Shown: piece by piece, positions 13,201 to 25,500 of the stretch
How the letters are laid out: each line of letters starts with the position of its first letter
Position numbering within the stretch: the first letter of the stretch is position 1
Origin: the human T2T-CHM13v2.0 reference genome, Homo sapiens
Length of the DNA: 64,000 bases
Direction: 5' to 3' (one strand)
NCBI RefSeq assembly: GCF_009914755.1
Contig: NC_060931.1
The notes under the pieces: generated by a model
Told to the model about the DNA's origin: nothing
The model's database searches: none
The model's input: only the letters and a program-made list of their open reading frames with translations
Made by a program: the position numbers and the translations under genes

Positions 13201-16200
13201 AGTAACTTCTTTGTGCTGTGTGTATTCAACTCACAGAGTGGAACGTCCCTTTGCACAGAGCAGATTTGAAACACTCTTTTTGTGGAGTTTGCAAGTGGAG
13301 ATTTCAAGCGATTTGATGCCAACAGTAGAAAAGGAAATATCTTCAAATAAAAACTAGACAGAATCATTCTCAGAAACTACTTTGTGATGTGTGCCTTCAA
13401 CTCACAGAGTTTAACCTTTCTTTTCTTAGAGCAGTTTAGAAACACTCTGCTTGTTATGTCTGCAAGTGGATATTTGGACCTCTTTGAGGCCTTCGTTGCA
13501 AACGGGGTTTCTTCCTTTCATGCTAGACTAAGAAGAGTTCTCAGTAACTTTTTTGTGTTGTGTGTATTCAACTCACAGAGTTGAACCCTGCTTTAGAGAG
13601 AGCAGATTTGAAACACTCTTGCTGTGGCATTTTCAGGTGGAGATTTCAAGCGATTTGAGGACAATTGCAGAAAAGGAAATATCTTCGTATAATAACCAGA
13701 CAGAATCATTCTCAGAAAGTGCTTTGTGATGTGTGCGTTCAACTCACAGAGTTTAACCTTTCTTTTCATAGAGGAGTTTGGAAACACACTGTTTGTAAAG
13801 TCTGCAAGTGGATATATGGACCTGTTTGAGGCCTTCGTTGGAAACGGGATTTCTTCATTGAATGCTAGACGGAAGAATTCTCAGTAAATTCTTTGTGTTG
13901 TGTGCATTCAACTCACAGAGTGGAACGTCCCTTTAGACAGAGCAGATTTGAAACACTGTTTTTGCGGAATTTGCAAGTGGAGATTTCTAGCCATTTGATG
14001 CCAACAGTAGAAAGGGAAATATCTTCAAATAAAAACCAGACAGAATCATTCTCAGAAAATTCTTTGTGATGTGTGCGTTCAACTCACATAGTTTAACCTT
14101 TCTTTTCATAGAGCAGTTTGGAAACACTCTGTTTGTAAAGTCTGCAAGTGGATATATGGACCGCATTGAGGCCTTCGTTGGAAACGGGATTTCTTCATTT
14201 CATGCTAGACAGAAGAATTCTCAGTAACTTCTTTGTGCTGTGTGTATTCAACTCACAGAGTGGAACGTCCCTTTGCACAGAGCAGATTTGAAACACTCTT
14301 TTTGTGGAGTTTGCAAGTGGAGATTTCAAGCGATTTGATGCCAACAGTAGAAAAGGAAATATCTTCAAATAAAAACTAGACAGAATCATTCTCAGAAACT
14401 ACTTTGTGATGTGTGCCTTCAACTCACAGAGTTTAACCTTTCTTTTCTTAGAGCAGTTTAGAAACACTCTGCTTGTTATGTCTGCAAGTGGATATTTGGA
14501 CCTCTTTGAGGCCTTCGTTGCAAACGGGGTTTCTTCCTTTCATGCTAGACTAAGAAGAGTTCTCAGTAACTTTTTTGTGTTGTGTGTATTCAACTCACAG
14601 AGTTGAACCCTGCTTTAGAGAGAGCAGATTTGAAACACTCTTGCTGTGGCATTTTCAGGTGGAGATTTCAAGCGATTTGAGGACAATTGCAGAAAAGGAA
14701 ATATCTTCGTATAATAACCAGACAGAATCATTCTCAGAAAGTGCTTTGTGATGTGTGCGTTCAACTCACAGAGTTTAACCTTTCTTTTCATAGAGGAGTT
14801 TGGAAACACACTGTTTGTAAAGTCTGCAAGTGGATATATGGACCTGTTTGAGGCCTTCGTTGGAAACGGGATTTCTTCATTGAATGCTAGACGGAAGAAT
14901 TCTCAGTAAATTCTTTGTGTTGTGTGCATTCAACTCACAGAGTGGAACGTCCCTTTAGACAGAGCAGATTTGAAACACTGTTTTTGCGGAATTTGCAAGT
15001 GGAGATTTCTAGCCATTTGATGCCAACAGTAGAAAGGGAAATATCTTCAAATAAAAACCAGACAGAATCATTCTCAGAAAATTCTTTGTGATGTGGGCGT
15101 TCAACTCACATAGTTTAACCTTTCTTTTCATAGAGCAGTTTGGAAACACTCTGTTTGTATAGTCTGCAAGTGGATATATGGACCGCATTGAGGCCTTCGT
15201 TGGAAACGGGATTTCTTCATTTCATGCTAGACAGAAGAATTCTCAGTAACTTCTTTGTGCAGTGTGTATTCAACTCACAGAGTGGAACGTCCCTTTGCAC
15301 AGAGCAGATTTGAAACACTCTTTTTGTGGAGTTTGCAAGTGGAGATTTCAAGCGATTTGATGCCAACAGTAGAAAAGGAAATATCTTCAAATAAAAACTA
15401 GACAGAATCATTCTCAGAAACTACTTTGTGATGTGTGCCTTCAACTCACAGAGTTTAACCTTTCTTTTCTTAGAGCAGTTTAGAAACACTCTGCTTGTTA
15501 TGTCTGCAAGGGGATATTTGGACCTCTTTGAGGCCTTCGTTGCAAACGTGGTTTCTTCCTTTCATGCTAGACTAAGAAGAGTTCTCAGTAACTTTTTTGT
15601 GTTGTGTGTATTCAACTCACAGAGTTGAACCTTGCTTTAGAGAGAGCAGATTTGAAACACTCTTGCTGTGGCATTTTCAGGTGGAGATTTCAAGCGATTT
15701 GAGGACAATTGCAGAAAAGGAAATATCTTCGTATAATAACCAGACAGAATCATTCTCAGAAAGTGCTTTGTGATGTGTGCGTTCAACTCACAGAGTTTAA
15801 CCTTTCTTTTCATAGAGGAGTTTGGAAACACACTGTTTGTAAAGTCTGCAAGTGGATATATGGACCTGTTTGAGGCCTTCGTTGGAAACGGGATTTCTTC
15901 ATTGAATGCTAGACGGAAGAATTCTCAGTAAATTCTTTGTGTTGTGTGCATTCAACTCACAGAGTGGAACGTCCCTTTAGACAGAGCAGATTTGAAACAC
16001 TCTTTTTGCGGAATTTGCAAGTGGAGATTTCTAGCCATTTGATGCCAACAGTAGAAAGGGAAATATCTTCAAATAAAAACCAGACAGAATCATTCTCAGA
16101 AAATTCTTTGTGATGTGTGCGTTCAACTCACATAGTTTAACCTTTCTTTTCATAGAGCAGTTTGGAAACACTCTGTTTGTAAAGTCTGCAAGTGGATATA

Positions 16201-16430
16201 TGGACCGCATTGAGGCCTTCGTTGGAAACGGGATTTCTTCATTTCATGCTAGACAGAAGAATTCTCAGTAACTTCTTTGTGCTGTGTGTATTCAACTCAC
16301 AGAGTGGAACGTCCCTTTGCACAGAGCAGATTTGAAACACTCTTTTTGTGGAGTTTGCAAGTGGAGATTTCAAGCGATTTGATGCCAACAGTAGAAAAGG
16401 AAATATCTTCAAATAAAAACTAGACAGAAT

Positions 16431-19400
16431 CATTCTCAGAAACTACTTTGTGATGTGTGCCTTCAACTCACAGAGTTTAACCTTTCTTTTCTTAGAGCAG
16501 TTTAGAAACACTCTGCTTGTTATGTCTGCAAGTGGATATTTGGACCTCTTTGAGGCCTTCGTTGCAAACGGGGTTTCTTCCTTTCATGCTAGACTAAGAA
16601 GAGTTCTCAGTAACTTTTTTGTGTTGTGTGTATTCAACTCACAGAGTTGAACCCTGCTTTAGAGAGAGCAGATTTGAAACACTCTTGCTGTGGCATTTTC
16701 AGGTGGAGATTTCAAGCGATTTGAGGACAATTGCAGAAAAGGAAATATCTTCGTATAATAACCAGACAGAATCATTCTCAGAAAGTGCTTTGTGATGTGT
16801 GCGTTCAACTCACAGAGTTTAACCTTTCTTTTCATAGAGGAGTTTGGAAACACACTGTTTGTAAAGTCTGCAAGTGGATATATGGACCTGTTTGAGGCCT
16901 TCGTTGGAAACGGGATTTCTTCATTGAATGCTAGACGGAAGAATTCTCAGTAAATTCTTTGTGTTGTGTGCATTCAACTCACAGAGTGGAACGTCCCTTT
17001 AGACAGAGCAGATTTGAAACACTGTTTTTGCGGAATTTGCAAGTGGAGATTTCTAGCCATTTGATGCCAACAGTAGAAAGGGAAATATCTTCAAATAAAA
17101 ACCAGACAGAATCATTCTCAGAAAATTCTTTGTGATGTGGGCGTTCAACTCACATAGTTTAACCTTTCTTTTCATAGAGCAGTTTGGAAACACTCTGTTT
17201 GTAAAGTCTGCAAGTGGATATATGGACCGCATTGAGGCCTTCGTTGGAAACGGGATTTCTTCATTTCATGCTAGACAGAAGAATTCTCAGTAACTTCTTT
17301 GTGCAGTGTGTATTCAACTCACAGAGTGGAACGTCCCTTTGCACAGAGCAGATTTGAAACACTCTTTTTGTGGAGTTTGCAAGTGGAGATTTCAAGCGAT
17401 TTGATGCCAACAGTAGAAAAGGAAATATCTTCAAATAAAAACTAGACAGAATCATTCTCAGAAACTACTTTGTGATGTGTGCCTTCAACTCACAGAGTTC
17501 AACCTTTCTTTTCTTAGAGCAGTTTAGAAACACTCTGCTTGTTATGTCTGCAAGTGGATATTTGGACCTCTTTGAGGCCTTCGTTGCAAACGGGGTTTCT
17601 TCCTTTCATGCTAGACTAAGAAGAGTTCTCAGTAACTTTTTTGTGTTGTGTGTATTCAACTCACAGAGTTGAACCTTGCTTTAGAGAAAGCAGATTTGAA
17701 ACACTCTTGCTGTGGCATTTTCAGGTGGAGATTTCAAGCGATTTGAGGACAATTGCAGAAAAGGAAATATCTTCGTATAATAACCAGACAGAATCATTCT
17801 CAGAAAGTGCTTTGTGATGTGTGCGTTCAACTCACAGAGTTTAACCTTTCTTTTCATAGAGGAGTTTGGAAACACACTGTTTGTAAAGTCTGCAAGTGGA
17901 TATATGGACCTGTTTGAGGCCTTCGTTGGAAACGGGATTTCTTCATTGAATGCTAGACGGAAGAATTCTCAGTAAATTCTTTGTGTTGTGTGCATTCAAC
18001 TCACAGAGTGGAACGTCCCTTTAGACAGAGCAGATTTGAAACACTGTTTTTGCGGAATTTGCAAGTGGAGATTTCTAGCCATTTGATGCCAACAGTAGAA
18101 AGGGAAATATCTTCAAATAAAAACCAGACAGAATCATTCTCAGAAAATTCTTTGTGATGTGTGCGTTCAACTCACATAGTTTAACCTTTCTTTTCATAGA
18201 GCAGTTTGGAAACACTCTGTTTGTAAAGTCTGCAAGTGGATATATGGACCGCATTGAGGCCTTCGTTGGAAACGGGATTTCTTCATTTCATGCTAGACAG
18301 AAGAATTCTCAGTAACTTCTTTGTGCTGTGTGTATTCAACTCACAGAGTGGAACGTCCCTTTGCACAGAGCAGATTTGAAACACTCTTTTTGTGGAGTTT
18401 GCAAGTGGAGATTTCAAGCGATTTGATGCCAACAGTAGAAAAGGAAATATCTTCAAATAAAAACTAGACAGAATCATTCTCAGAAACTACTTTGTGATGT
18501 GTGCCTTCAACTCACAGAGTTTAACCTTTCTTTTCTTAGAGCAGTTTAGAAACACTCTGCTTGTTATGTCTGCAAGTGGATATTTGGACCTCTTTGAGGC
18601 CTTCGTTGCAAACGGGGTTTCTTCCTTTCATGCTAGACTAAGAAGAGTTCTCAGTAACTTTTTTGTGTTGTGTGTATTCAACTCACAGAGTTGAACCCTG
18701 CTTTAGAGAGAGCAGATTTGAAACACTCTTGCTGTGGCATTTTCAGGTGGAGATTTCAAGCGATTTGAGGACAATTGCAGAAAAGGAAATATCTTCGTAT
18801 AATAACCAGACAGAATCATTCTCAGAAAGTGCTTTGTGATGTGTGCGTTCAACTCACAGAGTTTAACCTTTCTTTTCATAGAGGAGTTTGGAAACACACT
18901 GTTTGTAAAGTCTGCAAGTGGATATATGGACCTGTTTGAGGCCTTCGTTGGAAACGGGATTTCTTCATTGAATGCTAGACGGAAGAATTCTCAGTAAATT
19001 CTTTGTGTTGTGTGCATTCAACTCACAGAGTGGAACGTCCCTTTAGACAGAGCAGATTTGAAACACTGTTTTTGCGGAATTTGCAAGTGGAGATTTCTAG
19101 CCATTTGATGCCAACAGTAGAAAGGGAAATATCTTCAAATAAAAACCAGACAGAATCATTCTCAGAAAATTCTTTGTGATGTGGGCGTTCAACTCACATA
19201 GTTTAACCTTTCTTTTCATAGAGCAGTTTGGAAACACTCTGTTTGTAAAGTCTGCAAGTGGATATATGGACCGCATTGAGGCCTTCGTTGGAAACGGGAT
19301 TTCTTCATTTCATGCTAGACAGAAGAATTCTCAGTAACTTCTTTGTGCAGTGTGTATTCAACTCACAGAGTGGAACGTCCCTTTGCACAGAGCAGATTTG

Positions 19401-22400
19401 AAACACTCTTTTTGTGGAGTTTGCAAGTGGAGATTTCAAGCGATTTGATGCCAACAGTAGAAAAGGAAATATCTTCAAATAAAAACTAGACAGAATCATT
19501 CTCAGAAACTACTTTGTGATGTGTGCCTTCAACTCACAGAGTTCAACCTTTCTTTTCTTAGAGCAGTTTAGAAACACTCTGCTTGTTATGTCTGCAAGTG
19601 GATATTTGGACCTCTTTGAGGCCTTCGTTGCAAACGGGGTTTCTTCCTTTCATGCTAGACTAAGAAGAGTTCTCAGTAACTTTTTTGTGTTGTGTGTATT
19701 CAACTCACAGAGTTGAACCTTGCTTTAGAGAAAGCAGATTTGAAACACTCTTGCTGTGGCATTTTCAGGTGGAGATTTCAAGCGATTTGAGGACAATTGC
19801 AGAAAAGGAAATATCTTCGTATAATAACCAGACAGAATCATTCTCAGAAAGTGCTTTGTGATGTGTGCGTTCAACTCACAGAGTTTAACCTTTCTTTTCA
19901 TAGAGGAGTTTGGAAACACACTGTTTGTAAAGTCTGCAAGTGGATATATGGACCTGTTTGAGGCCTTCGTTGGAAACGGGATTTCTTCATTGAATGCTAG
20001 ACGGAAGAATTCTCAGTAAATTCTTTGTGTTGTGTGCATTCAACTCACAGAGTGGAACGTCCCTTTAGACAGAGCAGATTTGAAACACTGTTTTTGCGGA
20101 ATTTGCAAGTGGAGATTTCTAGCCATTTGATGCCAACAGTAGAAAGGGAAATATCTTCAAATAAAAACCAGACAGAATCATTCTCAGAAAATTCTTTGTG
20201 ATGTGTGCGTTCAACTCACATAGTTTAACCTTTCTTTTCATAGAGCAGTTTGGAAACACTCTGTTTGTAAAGTCTGCAAGTGGATATATGGACCGCATTG
20301 AGGCCTTCGTTGGAAACGGGATTTCTTCATTTCATGCTAGACAGAAGAATTCTCAGTAACTTCTTTGTGCTGTGTGTATTCAACTCACAGAGTGGAACGT
20401 CCCTTTGCACAGAGCAGATTTGAAACACTCTTTTTGTGGAGTTTGCAAGTGGAGATTTCAAGCGATTTGATGCCAACAGTAGAAAAGGAAATATCTTCAA
20501 ATAAAAACTAGACAGAATCATTCTCAGAAACTACTTTGTGATGTGTGCCTTCAACTCACAGAGTTTAACCTTTCTTTTCTTAGAGCAGTTTAGAAACACT
20601 CTGCTTGTTATGTCTGCAAGTGGATATTTGGACCTCTTTGAGGCCTTCGTTGCAAACGGGGTTTCTTCCTTTCATGCTAGACTAAGAAGAGTTCTCAGTA
20701 ACTTTTTTGTGTTGTGTGTATTCAACTCACAGAGTTGAACCCTGCTTTAGAGAGAGCAGATTTGAAACACTCTTGCTGTGGCATTTTCAGGTGGAGATTT
20801 CAAGCGATTTGAGGACAATTGCAGAAAAGGAAATATCTTCGTATAATAACCAGACAGAATCATTCTCAGAAAGTGCTTTGTGATGTGTGCGTTCAACTCA
20901 CAGAGTTTAACCTTTCTTTTCATAGAGGAGTTTGGAAACACACTGTTTGTAAAGTCTGCAAGTGGATATATGGACCTGTTTGAGGCCTTCGTTGGAAACG
21001 GGATTTCTTCATTGAATGCTAGACGGAAGAATTCTCAGTAAATTCTTTGTGTTGTGTGCATTCAACTCACAGAGTGGAACGTCCCTTTAGACAGAGCAGA
21101 TTTGAAACACTGTTTTTGCGGAATTTGCAAGTGGAGATTTCTAGCCATTTGATGCCAACAGTAGAAAGGGAAATATCTTCAAATAAAAACCAGACAGAAT
21201 CATTCTCAGAAAATTCTTTGTGATGTGGGCGTTCAACTCACATAGTTTAACCTTTCTTTTCATAGAGCAGTTTGGAAACACTCTGTTTGTAAAGTCTGCA
21301 AGTGGATATATGGACCGCATTGAGGCCTTCGTTGGAAACGGGATTTCTTCATTTCATGCTAGACAGAAGAATTCTCAGTAACTTCTTTGTGCAGTGTGTA
21401 TTCAACTCACAGAGTGGAACGTCCCTTTGCACAGAGCAGATTTGAAACACTCTTTTTGTGGAGTTTGCAAGTGGAGATTTCAAGCGATTTGATGCCAACA
21501 GTAGAAAAGGAAATATCTTCAAATAAAAACTAGACAGAATCATTCTCAGAAACTACTTTGTGATGTGTGCCTTCAACTCACAGAGTTCAACCTTTCTTTT
21601 CTTAGAGCAGTTTAGAAACACTCTGCTTGTTATGTCTGCAAGTGGATATTTGGACCTCTTTGAGGCCTTCGTTGCAAACGGGGTTTCTTCCTTTCATGCT
21701 AGACTAAGAAGAGTTCTCAGTAACTTTTTTGTGTTGTGTGTATTCAACTCACAGAGTTGAACCTTGCTTTAGAGAAAGCAGATTTGAAACACTCTTGCTG
21801 TGGCATTTTCAGGTGGAGATTTCAAGCGATTTGAGGACAATTGCAGAAAAGGAAATATCTTCGTATAATAACCAGACAGAATCATTCTCAGAAAGTGCTT
21901 TGTGATGTGTGCGTTCAACTCACAGAGTTTAACCTTTCTTTTCATAGAGGAGTTTGGAAACACACTGTTTGTAAAGTCTGCAAGTGGATATATGGACCTG
22001 TTTGAGGCCTTCGTTGGAAACGGGATTTCTTCATTGAATGCTAGACGGAAGAATTCTCAGTAAATTCTTTGTGTTGTGTGCATTCAACTCACAGAGTGGA
22101 ACGTCCCTTTAGACAGAGCAGATTTGAAACACTGTTTTTGCGGAATTTGCAAGTGGAGATTTCTAGCCATTTGATGCCAACAGTAGAAAGGGAAATATCT
22201 TCAAATAAAAACCAGACAGAATCATTCTCAGAAAATTCTTTGTGATGTGTGCGTTCAACTCACATAGTTTAACCTTTCTTTTCATAGAGCAGTTTGGAAA
22301 CACTCTGTTTGTAAAGTCTGCAAGTGGATATATGGACCGCATTGAGGCCTTCGTTGGAAACGGGATTTCTTCATTTCATGCTAGACAGAAGAATTCTCAG

Positions 22401-22562
22401 TAACTTCTTTGTGCTGTGTGTATTCAACTCACAGAGTGGAACGTCCCTTTGCACAGAGCAGATTTGAAACACTCTTTTTGTGGAGTTTGCAAGTGGAGAT
22501 TTCAAGCGATTTGATGCCAACAGTAGAAAAGGAAATATCTTCAAATAAAAACTAGACAGAAT
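16431..22562 (+). repeat. Three tandem copies of a 2044-bp (2-HOR, 12-monomer) block
   Basis: The same linked SNV set recurs at exact 2044-bp spacing. ORF variants THCTK occur at 17261/19305/21349, SQSST at 17472/19516/21560 and QICFL at 17681/19725/21769. Confidence 0.9.
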
Positions 22563-25500
22563 CATTCTCAGAAACTACTTTGTGATGTGTGCCTTCAACT
22601 CACAGAGTTTAACCTTTCTTTTCTTAGAGCAGTTTAGAAACACTCTGCTTGTTATGTCTGCAAGGGGATATTTGGACCTCTTTGAGGCCTTCGTTGCAAA
22701 CGTGGTTTCTTCCTTTCATGCTAGACTAAGAAGAGTTCTCAGTAACTTTTTTGTGTTGTGTGTATTCAACTCACAGAGTTGAACCTTGCTTTAGAGAGAG
22801 CAGATTTGAAACACTCTTGCTGTGGCATTTTCAGGTGGAGATTTCAAGCGATTTGAGGACAATTGCAGAAAAGGAAATATCTTCGTATAATAACCAGACA
22901 GAATCATTCTCAGAAAGTGCTTTGTGATGTGTGCGTTCAACTCACAGAGTTTAACCTTTCTTTTCATAGAGGAGTTTGGAAACACACTGTTTGTAAAGTC
23001 TGCAAGTGGATATATGGACCTGTTTGAGGCCTTCGTTGGAAACGGGATTTCTTCATTGAATGCTAGACGGAAGAATTCTCAGTAAATTCTTTGTGTTGTG
23101 TGCATTCAACTCACAGAGTGGAACGTCCCTTTAGACAGAGCAGATTTGAAACACTCTTTTTGCGGAATTTGCAAGTGGAGATTTCTAGCCATTTGATGCC
23201 AACAGTAGAAAGGGAAATATCTTCAAATAAAAAACAGACAGAATCATTCTCAGAAAATTCTTTGTGATGTGTGCGTTCAACTCACATAGTTTAACCTTTC
23301 TTTTCATAGAGCAGTTTGGAAACACTCTGTTTGTAAAGTCTGCAAGTGGATATATGGACCGCATTGAGGCCTTCGTTGGAAACGGGATTTCTTCATTTCA
23401 TGCTAGACAGAAGAATTCTCAGTAACTTCTTTGTGCTGTGTGTATTCAACTCACAGAGTGGAACGTCCCTTTGCACAGAGCAGATTTGAAACACTCTTTT
23501 TGTGGAGTTTGCAAGTGGAGATTTCAAGCGATTTGATGCCAACAGTAGAAAAGGAAATATCTTCAAATAAAAACTAGACAGAATCATTCTCAGAAACTAC
23601 TTTGTGATGTGTGCCTTCAACTCACAGAGTTTAACCTTTCTTTTCTTAGAGCAGTTTAGAAACACTCTGCTTGTTATGTCTGCAAGTGGATATTTGGACC
23701 TCTTTGAGGCCTTCGTTGCAAACGGGGTTTCTTCCTTTCATGCTAGACTAAGAAGAGTTCTCAGTAACTTTTTTGTGTTGTGTGTATTCAACTCACAGAG
23801 TTGAACCCTGCTTTAGAGAGAGCAGATTTGAAACACTCTTGCTGTGGCATTTTCAGTTGGAGATTTCAAGCGATTTGAGGACAATTGCAGAAAAGGAAAT
23901 ATCTTCGTATAATAACCAGACAGAATCATTCTCAGAAAGTGCTTTGTGATGTGTGCGTTCAACTCACAGAGTTTAACCTTTCTTTTCATAGAGGAGTTTG
24001 GAAACACACTGTTTGTAAAGTCTGCAAGTGGATATATGGACCTGTTTGAGGCCTTCGTTGGAAACGGGATTTCTTCATTGAATGCTAGACGGAAGAATTC
24101 TCAGTAAATTCTTTGTGTTGTGTGCATTCAACTCACAGAGTGGAACGTCCCTTTAGACAGAGCAGATTTGAAACACTGTTTTTGCGGAATTTGCAAGTGG
24201 AGATTTCTAGCCATTTGATGCCAACAGTAGAAAGGGAAATATCTTCAAATAAAAACCAGACAGAATCATTCTCAGAAAATTCTTTGTGATGTGGGCGTTC
24301 AACTCACATAGTTTAACCTTTCTTTTCATAGAGCAGTTTGGAAACACTCTGTTTGTAAAGTCTGCAAGTGGATATATGGACCGCATTGAGGCCTTCGTTG
24401 GAAACGGGATTTCTTCATTTCATGCTAGACAGAAGAATTCTCAGTAACTTCTTTGTGCAGTGTGTATTCAACTCACAGAGTGGAACGTCCCTTTGCACAG
24501 AGCAGATTTGAAACACTCTTTTTGTGGAGTTTGCAAGTGGAGATTTCAAGCGATTTGATGCCAACAGTAGAAAAGGAAATATCTTCAAATAAAAACTAGA
24601 CAGAATCATTCTCAGAAACTACTTTGTGATGTGTGCCTTCAACTCACAGAGTTTAACCTTTCTTTTCTTAGAGCAGTTTAGAAACACTGTGCTTGTTATG
24701 TCTGCAAGGGGATATTTGGACCTCTTTGAGGCCTTCGTTGCAAACGTGGTTTCTTCCTTTCATGCTAGACTAAGAAGAGTTCTCAGTAACTTTTTTGTGT
24801 TGTGTGTATTCAACTCACAGAGTTGAACCTTGCTTTAGAGAGAGCAGATTTGAAACACTCTTGCTGTGGCATTTTCAGGTGGAGATTTCAAGCGATTTGA
24901 GGACAATTGCAGAAAAGGAAATATCTTCGTATAATAACCAGACAGAATCATTCTCAGAAAGTGCTTTGTGATGTGTGCGTTCAACTCACAGAGTTTAACC
25001 TTTCTTTTCATAGAGGAGTTTGGAAACACACTGTTTGTAAAGTCTGCAAGTGGATATATGGACCTGTTTGAGGCCTTCGTTGGAAACGGGATTTCTTCAT
25101 TGAATGCTAGACGGAAGAATTCTCAGTAAATTCTTTGTGTTGTGTGCATTCAACTCACAGAGTGGAACGTCCCTTTAGACAGAGCAGATTTGAAACACTC
25201 TTTTTGCGGAATTTGCAAGTGGAGATTTCTAGCCATTTGATGCCAACAGTAGAAAGGGAAATATCTTCAAATAAAAACCAGACAGAATCATTCTCAGAAA
25301 ATTCTTTGTGATGTGTGCGTTCAACTCACATAGTTTAACCTTTCTTTTCATAGAGCAGTTTGGAAACACTCTGTTTGTAAAGTCTGCAATTGGATATATG
25401 GACCGCATTGAGGCCTTCGTTGGAAACGGGATTTCTTCATTTCATGCTAGACAGAAGAATTCTCAGTAACTTCTTTGTGCTGTGTGTATTCAACTCACAG

